A stretch of 61,680 nt of DNA, counting the filler, from Choristocarpus tenellus KU-1152 (Eukaryota > Protista > Phaeophyceae): the NCBI GenBank assembly GCA_964200185.2. It is 10 parts of 10 records of this genome, joined end to end, with 100 filler letters (N's around TTAATTAATTAA, not from the genome) between each part and the next. Parts side by side here need not be neighbours in the genome. Positions count along the whole stretch, not along the records: positions 48,203 to 50,932 come from CAXNAD020025242.1; positions 51,033 to 55,605 come from CAXNAD020013962.1; positions 55,706 to 59,057 come from CAXNAD020020609.1; positions 59,158 to 61,680 come from CAXNAD020027090.1; 6 more parts are not named here. One strand, 5' to 3'. Of the stretch, positions 50,414 through 61,680 are shown piece by piece (position 1 is the first letter of the stretch; every line of letters begins with the position of its first letter). The notes beneath the pieces were generated by a model that searched no databases, was not told the DNA's origin, and worked only from the letters and a program-made list of their open reading frames with translations. The position numbers were made by a program, and so were the translations under genes.

Positions 50414-51911
50414 ACAATAAAGCAAGAGGGCTTGCAATTTCGCAAGTGAATTGCCGGATATGCAGAACGAAGGGAGGAGAAAGGCGATGGACCATGCATA
50501 TTATGCGCAAAGGATGTACTGTACGGCAATGGGATTTTTTCTTTTTACTTTCTTAAACGTATGATGAAGAGTTTTTTCGGAGTAAACAAAAGCCCCCGCT
50601 GAATAATCGAACACTGTACCCAATTTGTATAACTCAACTTCTAGAGATGTAGAGTATGTTATAGTACTATCAAGCCAGGGATTAAATGTGAGAAGAATAC
50701 CAGGATCCGGTCATCTCACCTGTCCCTGTGCTTTCATGGTTTATTGCTGATGATCAAATACACACAATAATATGGCATCCCGATAGTATTTTCTGGTCAT
50801 ATTGTCAACGGTGACAGTGAAGCCTAAAAGGTCCCTATGTTGCATCCAAGGGTCAATGTTACAGGCGCCCCTCAATGCTCACCTTCCAGGATGTACAACT
50901 CAAATCCAACGACCTCAAAACGATGCTATGGGNNNNNNNNNNNNNNNNNNNNNNNNNNNNNNNNNNNNNNNNNNNNTTAATTAATTAANNNNNNNNNNNN
51001 NNNNNNNNNNNNNNNNNNNNNNNNNNNNNNNNTAAGCAACAAAACAAAACAGCTACACCACCCTCTCACTAAAATCGCGTTAGTTTTTGACCTGATCAAA
51101 TAAGCACAATAGGAAGCAGATTAACCACACCCATTTGATGTGGAAATATGATACAAATTGCAGAAAATATTTCCATTGTACTTGAAATCAGTACTAATAT
51201 TTTAGTAGATTGTTGTGTTATGGGTATGAGGTTAAGTGGCGGATACACTGCATCAAGAATGATTAACAGTACCCTCCACTCTCGTATTGCCTGCAACCAA
51301 AGTGTGCAATCTCCTACTGATGTGGGGATAACACGCCAAAATAGGCCCAGCTAGGGACAGTCTCCAATTCGCTGTTTATACAATTTGGGCAAGACAAAAT
51401 CAGTGAAGTCTAACAAACAAATTATCATGAAATAAAGCACTGTTGTTGATGACAACGGGTTCTCCATACCCACACATGAATGGGATCTATATGTCGGGCA
51501 TTCCTTTAGTCAGCATGAACTTCACAAACACCGTGCAGACACAGCATTTTTTTTTCACAGTTTGACACTGTGATGAAGCTAACCTCCGTAGATTGTAGCC
51601 ATTGAAAGGTCCTACACACACCATTGTACTCATTGTACTCCGAAATCTTCAAGTTGCACACTGAATTGCCTCTCAATGAAGTTCACATCCATCACGCATT
51701 AGATTACACATGAGGCCTTTTGGCCATCAGCTGTGTATATCTACAGTTCCAACGACCAGAATTGATGTTTGAAATTTACTGTACCAAAGAATGTCAGATG
51801 CCAACAAAGCGAAAACACCAATGATGAATCTATTACATGTTAGTAACGGTCAAAGCCTGTCAAATTGGCCATATCAAACACAAATTTTCTCTCCCCCTTG
51901 ACCCAGCACAC

Positions 51912-53074
51912 CTCCTGCATAATTTTGACCTCCATCTTGAGGTCTGCTTCATCTTCAGGAGGAAGGTCGGCACGCTTAACACATTTCACTGCAAACCGCT
52001 GCTGACTCTTCTGTAGAGGTGAGAAGCAAAAGACAACAGCAATCATAGAATTTTTAACCATGCAAACGGTGTGAAGGAACAGAGCAGAACATATTAGAAA
52101 ACGCATGGAGGCTCAAAATAGCAAGAACATAGCATGGGATGACATGACAAAGAGGGCGGGGGGTGACATGGGATGCACAGGACAACATAGAAGAATGAGG
52201 TAACCCTGACATCACAACAAAGCTGTAGCATATGCAGCAAGAAGCTTTGGTGCCATGGAGCATATAACTGGAAAGGTCAGTAGTATCTAGTGAGTATTCT
52301 TTGGATCAGGTACGGTTGACTCTTCTCAGGTTAGAGGAACAGTAGACTGCATATTTTAACAAGCCTCGAGGTAGTGCTCCAGCGACAACCAATTATCTTA
52401 AAATAGATATAGGCCTTGTCAACTGTTGTGGCCAGGCTGTACCGAACCAAATTTGACGAGGTTCCAAGTCGACTCATGATTGCCATGGAGTTCAGTGAGA
52501 GAAAGAATACATTTCAATGCTATGGCCAAACCAAAAGACCAATATTCCTTACGAGCAACAGGACAATAAGTGTATTGCAGTACTGACGGCGTTGAATATT
52601 CTGTTATTCTCAAGCCCCAGACCTTGTGGATGCCCTCTCGCACTGTAGAGAAGGATCCGTGACCTAGTTCCTTGCTGAGGTGATACGTGTCTTCAAAACG
52701 TGGTTTCTCGTCTGTTGCGGGTTTGACCTCTGAAACAGTCTTATCACCATCATTTATCGCTACATTAACCTGGCGGGATGAAGTCTCCTCGGGGTCCGCC
52801 GGCTTCGACTCCGATGTCCCTTCGGTCTTGGACTGTGAGCATAAAGAAAATTAAGAAGGGGGATGGGGCTAGAGGTGAGAATCAAAAAGGGATCTCGTCT
52901 TCATCCTGTGGAAGTACGTGCACCAGCGATGGCACTGATGGAATTGGTTACCAACCTCATCACAAGGTGTGCACTGAGCATGAGAAAAACACTGCAGAGG
53001 AAATACAATAGGAGAGGAAAACTGCAACATATTTTTTTGGAAGGCATTAGAGGACGTACATTACTACATCCCAT
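51912..53074 (-). CDS. CaMK1-like Ser/Thr kinase, 5' exons
   Basis: Exons 53060-53074 (MGCSN), 52956-52991 (CFSHAQCTPCDE), 52623-52832 (..FEDTYHLSKELGHGSFSTVREGIHK) and 51912-52010 (FAVKCVKRADLPPEDEADLKMEVKIMQE). Confidence 0.88.
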
Positions 53075-53499
53075 TGCCTTTGAGCAACTTCACCACTCTG
53101 GCCAAGATCAATGTAGATACTCTTGTGCTTGTGCGGGGGGCAGAACCCCCGTCGTCAATCTAGCTTGTCTTCCTTCTCTTTCCTTTTCTCTTCAGCCTTG
53201 ACGGTGAAGGTTAGCGATATTGTGTTGAATGGTACGTAATGGGCGGACGACGGTCGTGTGATGATATTTCCAAATATTTTATTTATCTTCTTTTTTTTCA
53301 CTTATCTTATAGAACACTAAGAAATTCCATGGTATTGATAGTGAACAATAATTCAACTATTGTTGTACGTTGTAGAGGATAGTTGTTTCCATCTCAGTCT
53401 TAACCATCAACAAGAGCTCTACCATTGCTCTCTTGGTATCCCTCAAATAGTTTGCCAACAGGAGGGCTTGGAACCCTATTCAACGTGCCAGTAATCTTC

Positions 53500-55159
53500 A
53501 TGGGCAATTTGGTGGTGGGATTTCTTATGTGTGATTGGGAGGTTTCTTGTGTGGGTGGGGATGTAGCCATCTACTTTTGACGCCGCATGATAAAAATGGG
53601 TCTTTCTCCAAGACTCGATTGATTCCCAACATTGTCATTGACTACAATCTGTGCTTCTGCGTACACTGGCGTTTCTCCACGGCAGTCGTCGGCATGGCGT
53701 TTCGCCAAGCAATTCAACTGCACCGAGAGCGTCGAAAATATCGACGATAGAAGTGGCAGCGGCTACCATGAACGCTTTGAGGATATTGCATCCATCGATG
53801 ATGTGGACCCCGCGTTCTTTGACGGAAAAAGTGCGCATTCTTTCTTTAGGGCGGTTGGATTCCTGGGTTAGGTTCAATCTCGCCATCATCTGTGTGGGCG
53901 GGAGTGTTGGTGTTGGTAGCAGTCGGAGAGTTTTGAAGTTCTTGAGATAAACCTATAAATGATCTCACATCGATTTAAAGACTTCCTCTAGTAGGGATCA
54001 ATGCAAAATTCTCATAGTTGTGTAGGGAAGGGCTGCCGTTTTGTGTTGCTGCTTGTCAGAGGTCTCAACGGTTGACCGTCAATGTTCCTGCTGCCTGTCG
54101 AAACGAGAGAAGATTTTTATCGGAGCTATACTTTAGGGGATAAGCTTGGAGAGGGCGCTTTCTCCGAGGTCTTCCGGGCTACCACGAAGGGAGGTGGCAG
54201 GCGGAAAAAGCAATACGCAGTGAAGCGTTTGAAGAGAGATGGGATGCCCAAGGAGGACAAAAAGAGCCTGCTTCAGGAGGTGAGAGGGATACGAAGCTGA
54301 AATTGTGCTCAAGTGCGTTTGATTTGGGTGTATTGATGATCGCAAGTATAGAGGGGTTAAGGTTCTCATGGATTGATTGATCGTTCCATCGACCTTGCAG
54401 TCTGCCTGGCCTCTCGTCACCAATGAATGCACCTGCTGACTCAACCATGCCTCCACTACATTTCCTGCAAATATACCTTTTTGGTGCTGTGCAGTCTGCG
54501 TAGTTGAGGGCGACTATCAATGTGTATCATGACCTCAGATTGTCGGGGGAGAATCAGTGCAGTTCGAAATTCAGTGTAATTGTTACAATGAGATCAACCA
54601 GTGTTCCAATAAGTAGTTGAGTGTGGGAAGTTTGACATTTTCTGAAAACCAGGCAGCAGGTACACCATGAAGCTGTATCCTATATCTTCCTGAATCTGGC
54701 TCAGTCTAATTCCTAGGTTCTGCTATAGTGGAGGAATGAAACGTTTAGTTCCGAGCATTGTTCTTGATTGCAAGCTCCCCTCAGGACAGTGCGAGCTAGT
54801 GACTCTGTGGTATAATCGCAGAACTACCAATCCTGATACCTCATGCAACCCGAGCATTCAAGTGGGTTTTGGAACAGAATCCCATAGTGTGCCATCTGTT
54901 CCTTCACCTGCACAGGATGGGGTACTGCGTAAGTGCTTCTCGCTACCTGAGTCGCTTACGTACAATACATTCTGCCCCCTATACCCCATCCCTCGACCCC
55001 CACCTCTTCCTCTCTATACTTCAGGTCAGTGTGCTACGGTCGGTACGACATCCTAACGTCATTAATATTTATCAGTTTTTTGAGGACGACTCTACCCACT
55101 TCTTTGTTGTGCTGGAGTTTGTGGAGGGTGGTGAGCTCTTTGACCGCATCGTGACTAAG
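53500..55159 (+). CDS. CaMK1-like Ser/Thr kinase, 5' exons (first two exons tentative)
   Basis: Firm: ~54110-54279 (YTLGDKLGEGAFSEV..YAVKRLKR..LLQE) and 55025-55159 (VLRSVRHPNVINIYQFFED..VLEFVEGGELFDRIVTK). Tentative: 53500-53511 (MGNL) and 53686-53866. Confidence 0.85.
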
Positions 55160-56231
55160 GTGGGAGGCAGTACTGACTTGTGGGGAGGGAGTGGCGTTTG
55201 TTTGCTAATTTGCAGGCATGTGTGCAGTGGTATACGGGGTGTGAGAGTTGATATTCACCACTATTACCATTGTCATGGTAATGCAATATTCATGTAATGC
55301 ATGGGACAGAAGATGAGGAGCCAACTTCAGAACAAACTACACCACTCCAAAAGTGCCTGTTGATATAGGTAATCGTATGGTAACAGTATGGTCACAATAT
55401 GGTTTATAGGACCCCCTCTCCTTGGTGGAGACTCCAATGGTTGTGGGTTGGGTGCAATGGATATCGATCCCCACCCTCGAAACTACCAACTACTTTTAGT
55501 ATATAGAGATGGAGAGGTCTGCGACTTGAACTCAGGGCTTGCTCACCTACAGCAGGTTCATGGGGTTTATTTGAATTGTTTTGCCACAAGTGGGAGGGGG
55601 TTGGGNNNNNNNNNNNNNNNNNNNNNNNNNNNNNNNNNNNNNNNNNNNNTTAATTAATTAANNNNNNNNNNNNNNNNNNNNNNNNNNNNNNNNNNNNNNN
55701 NNNNNTAGGCTGATGCTATTGGTGTTTAATGGTTCTTGAGGAAGAAGGTTGTTTGCCTTGGGTGACAATGGGTGGGGTGGGAGAGGGGAATGGGGTGTGT
55801 GTGGGGGGGGTTGGGGTGTGTGGGAGGGGCTTAGGTAGTTGATTTTGAAATGGATGCTTTGTATATCCTTTACCATGATAGGAGTTGTATATCCCTAACC
55901 ATAATAGGAGTTGTTAAGGATTCGTCGAGTTGTGATGATTCAGTGAAGTTGTTTGATTAATAGCTGTGAAGGCGAAAAGATAAGCCCCTCTCTTTCTTTA
56001 AAAAAAATGTTTGTGTAATAATTAACGCTGAAAAAAAAATAACAGCAAGAGCACACCGAGTTCTCCCTTTGAAAGTATTGTATCTACAGTGAAGAGCGAC
56101 AAAAGCGCATTGATAGCCCTAACCCTTTGGGGGTAGGTTTGTGTGTGTGTGTGTGTGTGCAATGCCTCATGCTGTAGTTTTTGATTATGTTATTTTTTTC
56201 TCTTTTTCAGTCGGGTTGTTAAGAGGGATAG

Positions 56232-56268
<37 letters not shown>

Positions 56269-56536
56269 CAACAACGACGAGAACTGGGACCAGAAGCAAT
56301 TAGCACCAGCCACACCAGAGTAACCGAAGGTTACAGGGTTTTAAGGTTAAGATTATGGTGGTCGTTCATACTGTTGTCGACACATGCTACGTTTTTACTT
56401 ATTTATTTATTTATTTTTTGTGGGCTTGTTCGAAGGTGTTTTTGTTATGGATGAGAGAAAAACGCCTCCTCCTTGTCTGTCTTTTTTGTTTTTGTCCCCC
56501 TGGTTTGGTTTGGTTTGGTTTTGTCTCTCTGTTCAG

Positions 56537-58203
56537 GTGTTTGCTCTACACCAGTTTGATTGTGCCAGGGCTAACAAGAGCACCAGTGCCTGGGGAGTGG
56601 AGGCCAGAGTGCCCTTTTTGGACAAGGACTTCCTTGACGTGGCAATGGGGATCGACCCTCACGATAAGCTCATTAAGAAGGTGCAGAGATGTACCTCTTT
56701 TTGTACAATGCAGTATCATCTAAAACGTATAGAGGTGTACCTCTTTTTGTACAATGCAGTATCATCTAAAACGTATAGAGGTGTACCTCTTTTTGTGCAA
56801 TGCAGTATCATCTTAAAGGTACAGAGATGTGCCTCTTTTTGCACAATGCAGTATCACCTAAAGAGGTACACAAGGTGTACCTCTTTCTGTACAATGCCAT
56901 ATTTTGCAACGTAACAGTAGTGTCATTGTTCTCAGGGAAATCGTTTCTTTTTCTTTTTAAATCCACCTTTCTCCGCCCATTTCTTCCCCTCCTCCGCCCA
57001 CCCCTCCCACCCCTCCCACCCCCCTCCCCCCGTTAAACCTTTATAATTTCGTTAGTGTTGTGAAGCCTGACATTTCAATAGATCGGAATGGCTGAACTTA
57101 ACAATAGAATGACTGAACCGAATTGATACTCAAAGGCACTGAAGAGGGTTAGGGCCGCGGTTTCTGTTCAGGATCTTAAATCTGATGTTGCGATTTTGAT
57201 GCGATGTTGGTCTATCGTGTTTTGTTTTGTTGGCAAGTGTCGATCAAAATAACCCTAACCCTAATGTTGTTGTTCAGGAACCACATTTTCTATAGTCTGT
57301 ATATATATATATATTGTTTTATGTTTTATGTAACTGCTGTTACAAAGACAAAACGAAAAAAAATTAAAAATGTGAACAAGAACAAAAAAAATTAAAAAGG
57401 AATTCATTTCATGGCCGCCCCCGAACGGACTAAAATGGGGCAGGAAATCACGCCCCTTTCTGCTTGAGCGCAGTTTGAATTCGTGATTAAACTAAGAAAC
57501 TTAAGAACTTGGGGGCTCTGCTGATTTTTTTTTTAAGTACGCAATAATTGCAACAGATTTAATTTAATTTTTATATGTAATTAAAAAACTTCAGTAGTAT
57601 TTTTTAATTTTAGAATTTTTAAATTTTGTTGATTGTTTTTTACAGGAAGAGTGAGACTCTTCCCCACTATCAAGAAAGGTATTAGCAGAATCGCATCATT
57701 CCTTCCAGAACTGTCTTGCTGCCCATTTTTCCTCTTCCTGTGCCTGTGCCGTCTGACTTGCCTGCCTGTCTGCCTGTCTGTCTGAGGAGAGACTACAACT
57801 GCAGAGTTTTTCTTTTTTCCCATAAAATAAGAAATCAATTTTATCATTAAAAAACCATTTATTTTATTTCATGTACTATTACCTCCACTGCGCTCAACCC
57901 TAACCCTAAATAATATTTTTTTCCTCTCTTTTGTGGGTTGCAGGACGAGGGCCGCATCGAGAAATATATTATTAGGAAGGCGTTTGATACTCCGGATGAT
58001 CCTTACCTGCCAGACCATATCCTGTACAGGCAGAAGGAGCAGTTCAGCGATGGGGTTGGATATGGGTGGATTGATTCTTTGAGGGATCACGCTGAGAAGC
58101 AGGTGAACCCATCATTACTGTATGAATTTATATTATATATTCATATATATATATGGATACTCCATATCAGCTGGCTGTTTGCTGTATAAATATATTACAG
58201 ATG

Positions 58204-58238
<35 letters not shown>

Positions 58239-58703
58239 ACTCTAACCCTAACCCTAACCCGATTGCTGTATGAAGTTTGTGTTTATTATCTACATTTTTT
58301 AGAGGGTATGATGAGATCATGTATAGAGGGTTAGGGTTGGGGTTGTATTGGACTAGGGGTTACCTAAGGCTTTACATTTGATTATTTTATTTTTTTCATC
58401 AAATTTAATAAAAAAAAGAAATGTAACAGCCAGCCGTTTTGAGTTTAATGTTTAGATATTTTGCTGAACTGCAGTAGGATTTTGTATGTGCTAATCTCCT
58501 CAGTTATCTGATGGCTTGTTTTATCATAATATTAACATGAAATAAAACTCACATATTCATCCCTCATCAGATATCGGATGGCTTGTTTTATCATAATATT
58601 AACATGAAATAAAACTCACATATTCATCCCTCATCAGATATCGGATGACTTGTTTTCTCATCGGCATATGCGGTTCCCTGTGGATACCCCTTCATCCAAG
58701 GAG
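56537..58703 (+). CDS. ASNS: Asparagine synthetase (glutamine-hydrolysing), three internal exons
   Basis: 56537-56680 [29 protein letters not shown]. 57944-58102 [35 protein letters not shown]. 58638-58703 [22 protein letters not shown]. Confidence 0.95.
56673..56900. repeat. 46-bp tandem repeat starting at a splice donor (~4.7 copies)
   Basis: GT-initiated units at 56681, 56727, 56773, 56819 and 56866. Confidence 0.92.
57127..57465. mobile_element. Degenerate copy of the 260-bp MITE in an ASNS intron
   Basis: GAGGGTTAGGGCCGCG..ATGTTGCGATTTTGATG..AAGTGTCGAT..CCCCGAACGGAC is colinear with the intact copies. Confidence 0.65.
58497..58661. repeat. 67-bp tandem repeat spanning a splice acceptor
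   Basis: CAG|(T/A)TATC(T/G)GATG(G/A)CTTGTTTT recurs, with the AG ending at 58503, 58570 and 58637. Confidence 0.92.
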
Positions 58704-59030
58704 GTAAGGGGGATTGGTGTTAATCAAGCCTTCAAAATTCGTGTTAGGGATATAGAATTATTGATGGTAGAGTTTTTTATTTTCTCTAAAATAGGGTTAG
58801 GGTTCTGTCTCTGGAGATCAGGTTTGACCGGCTCTTTTTATATGCGTGTTAATGTGCATACATTATATTTATTAATATTTTGTACACATATTTTTTTAAA
58901 AGCTTTAAATGTGTAAGAAAACAAGAGCTTGTTACCAATGTTTATGTATTTAATTAAAAATGATTTTGAGGATACATATATACATACATTTAGTAACGTT
59001 TAGATACTATTTTTGATTAGATTGGTTTGA

Positions 59031-59249
59031 GGCTCAAAGCATCTGGGGCGGGGGAGGNNNNNNNNNNNNNNNNNNNNNNNNNNNNNNNNNNNNNNNNNNN
59101 NTTAATTAATTAANNNNNNNNNNNNNNNNNNNNNNNNNNNNNNNNNNNNNNNNNNNNATAAAAAAAAAAAAAAAAAAAAAAACAACTGGGTTGTTTTTTT
59201 GCTATTATCCTCCCCCCCCCCCCCCCCCCTCTCTAAGATACTTTGACCC
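59031..59249. mobile_element. MITE termini on both sides of a linker (59031-59057 and ~59211-59249)
   Basis: TGA|GGCTCAAAGCATCTGGGG and CTCTAAGATACTTTGACCC|TGA. Confidence 0.75.
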
Positions 59250-59369
59250 TGAATCATTTGTTAGGGCACGTTTTAGAACAGTGTGATTTTGAACACTGCA
59301 GAGCAGATCCCTGTGTGTTATGTTCGATTAGACTCTCCCAAGGACCTTAGATTTCTAACCCATCATAGC

Positions 59370-61635
59370 ATCATGTCTACACGAGAGATACGATTCAAGA
59401 ATTGCGGGAACCTGTTCCTTCCGAGGGCCGATCTGTACAAGAACTCAGACAGCTTATGGCGACGGTAGCGGAATTGTCAAAAAACGTTGGCAATCTCATG
59501 GTTCAGTCTGAAAGATTCGGCGACGGAAATCATTCCGTCGTCCAGGCCGCTGTGCCCAGCACACGGCCTCCGACTGGGGGTGTACCAGTCGAAGTGGGTC
59601 CTATGGAACCCTTGTTAAGGAAAAATTTCCCAAAGAGGGAAAACAATTTGGATGCTGCAAGCATCAGAAGTGGGGCGAGCCGGAGGTCCTGTTCTTCGGA
59701 GAGCTTGGGGTCAGGCGCACATATTATTCGCCCTACGACAAAGAGATTGAGAACCAACCACCAAAACTATTGGACGACTCGGACTACCGGGACTGGCGGA
59801 GGCGTTTCATCGTGCATTGCAGATATACTCACTGTTTGGATGCCTTGACAAGTGAAAGACCAGTCAATCAAGAACGTTCCTACGAGGAACTTCTCTCGGA
59901 CGGCTTCAGTGCGAATGATATCTGGATGGCCGAAGAGGCCTACCGTGCACTTAGTGTTGCTCTCGTCGTACCCACCACCAGGGCAATATGCTATACGCAC
60001 CAAAGTTAGGCTAGCTTTTCCGAGCAATAGATGATTAGTTCATGCCTAATACAGTGGGTAATAGCCAAGATTTGTTCCGTGAGTCTCTCACTTCAAAGGT
60101 GGAGAAGGGGGCGAATCCGATCCTGACATTAAACCACCTGGAAGAGCTACGGGGTAGGATGCTATCAATGGACCTGGTCATCTCGGACAAGCTGCTGCTC
60201 CTACAGTTCCTGAGTGCTCTCGGATCAGATTACGACACGGAGATACATATGATGGCCTCGCAGAAAACACTATGTCGAGCAGACGTAGAGAAAACTGCTT
60301 GAGAGCGATATGCTTCCTTCATCACGGGAAGGACTCAAGACACAAGAACAGCCATGCTCTGGTCGTTAACAGCTCATCGCAAGGGAAGAGTCAGTCTCAT
60401 CGCAACGGCCAAGGTCGCGGTGTTGAAGATAAATTTAATGGTGGAAGAAAGAAATATGGTTATAATTTCAACCCAAAACGTTCCGAGAAGATTCCTTGTG
60501 AGAGATGCGATAAACATGGACATGACAAGCCAGCTTGCCCAAAGCGCATTTGCACCAAATGTGGTGGACGTGTCCATCCATGATGCTACAACATTCACTT
60601 CGGTGTTCTTGACTACGGTGCAGTCTGGGAAAGAAGAGATCAAGACTGAGACGAATCCTTCCTACATTACTATGGAAAGTACCACCAGCTGCGGCGACAA
60701 CGAGCGATACGCACTACTGGTTGCCACTGAGGACTCTCCAAGCAGCAATGCTCCAGGCAAGTGTGGGGTAAACGAATGTTTGGTGTCAAGTGTTGGGGTT
60801 GGCCGCGAGAGGGAAGAATGGATTTTGGACAGTGCGGCTTCATGTCACATAACAAATATGGTAAAATCCATGACTAATTATAAGCCTTGCGTTGGAGACA
60901 AAAGGGTAGTCACTGCCAGCTAAAATTCCTTTTGGATCGCTGGTCATGTTGATCTAACCATCTTGTTTCCATCACGTGACAACAAGGAGGTAGAAATACT
61001 CCTTCAAAATGTCGCCCATGTCCCTGATCTAGGATTCAACCTTTTCTCTTGCCAAGCAGCAGCTGATAAGGGTGCAAAAGGCATTTTCACAGCCAGCACA
61101 TTCTCGCTATTAGATGGAGTACTTAACTTCACAAGAGATCCTGGTTGCCACTACACCCTCCATGGTCAACGCATATTGCCGCGACTAAATCGAAATGCTG
61201 AAGTTGCTTTAAAGGCCACTATAGCCCCCTCGCTTGCACCCCACGCTCCCCACACCAACGTCGACATTAACCTCTTCCACCGCTCTTATGGCCACGCACA
61301 CGAGGCATTGCTCAAGTCCACCGCCACTTCAATGGGCATTACATTGGTGGGTGAGCTGGAGCCATGTGCGGGCTGCTCTATGAGCAAGGGCATACGGAAG
61401 GGCGTTCGGTCCAGCACGTCTACAAGGGCGGTAAGAAAGCTGGATCGGGTTTTTGTCGACCTAAGTGGGAAAGGGCTACCCTTTCAATCGGTGGTAAACA
61501 ATACACCATGTTAATCCGGGACGATTATTCTCGTTTTGTTTGCTTGTATTTCCTTCATGCTAAGTCGGATGCCGCCGAAGCCTTCAAGAAGTACCTGGCT
61601 GATATCCGGGCTGATGGTACTCCCTCTCGGGCCAT
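59370..61635 (+). mobile_element. Decayed Ty1/Copia LTR retrotransposon (gag-protease-integrase)
   Basis: Zn knuckle CERCDKHGHDKPAC, protease WILDSAASCHIT, VAHVPDLGFNLFS, HHCC motif FHRSYGH..CAGC, and integrase LDRVFVDLSG../LIRDDYSRF. Protease followed by integrase is the Copia order. Stops and frameshifts; no LTR seen. Confidence 0.93.
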
Positions 61636-61680
61636 GTGTGTTTTAAGACATAGGCTACTCATTTGTTTCCTGTTGATATG

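Overview
Intron-rich eukaryotic nuclear DNA, most likely a brown alga or close ochrophyte relative. This is an inference from the Ectocarpus-style LRR-ROCO exons, the CRE-like LINE peptide and the GT-AG multi-exon genes. The window is 10 short contigs joined by nine identical artificial 100-bp linkers (44 N + TTAATTAATTAA + 44 N), so adjacency across linkers carries no information. Most ORFs in the supplied track are spurious. Recognisable host genes, mostly cut by contig ends: an EDR2-C/DUF1336 protein head-to-head with a D-erythronate-dehydrogenase-like SDR, a TTLL4/5-like tubulin glutamylase, two divergent CaMK1-like kinases, asparagine synthetase and a tRNA-Phe. The most striking locus (9.1-18.6 kb, minus strand) is a decayed LRR-ROC-COR-kinase (LRRK-like) gene. 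One of its LRR exon cassettes is flipped in place and still open, and its COR exon is followed by a ~640-bp fold-back duplicate. Mobile DNA includes an RLE/CRE-like LINE whose 5'-truncated 3' ends stack in tandem, a 3-bp-TSD MITE family that explains many contig breaks, a plant-type (DD39D-like) mariner with matching Stowaway-like MITEs, and a decayed Copia element. All coordinates were read by eye; exon edges may be off by a few bases.
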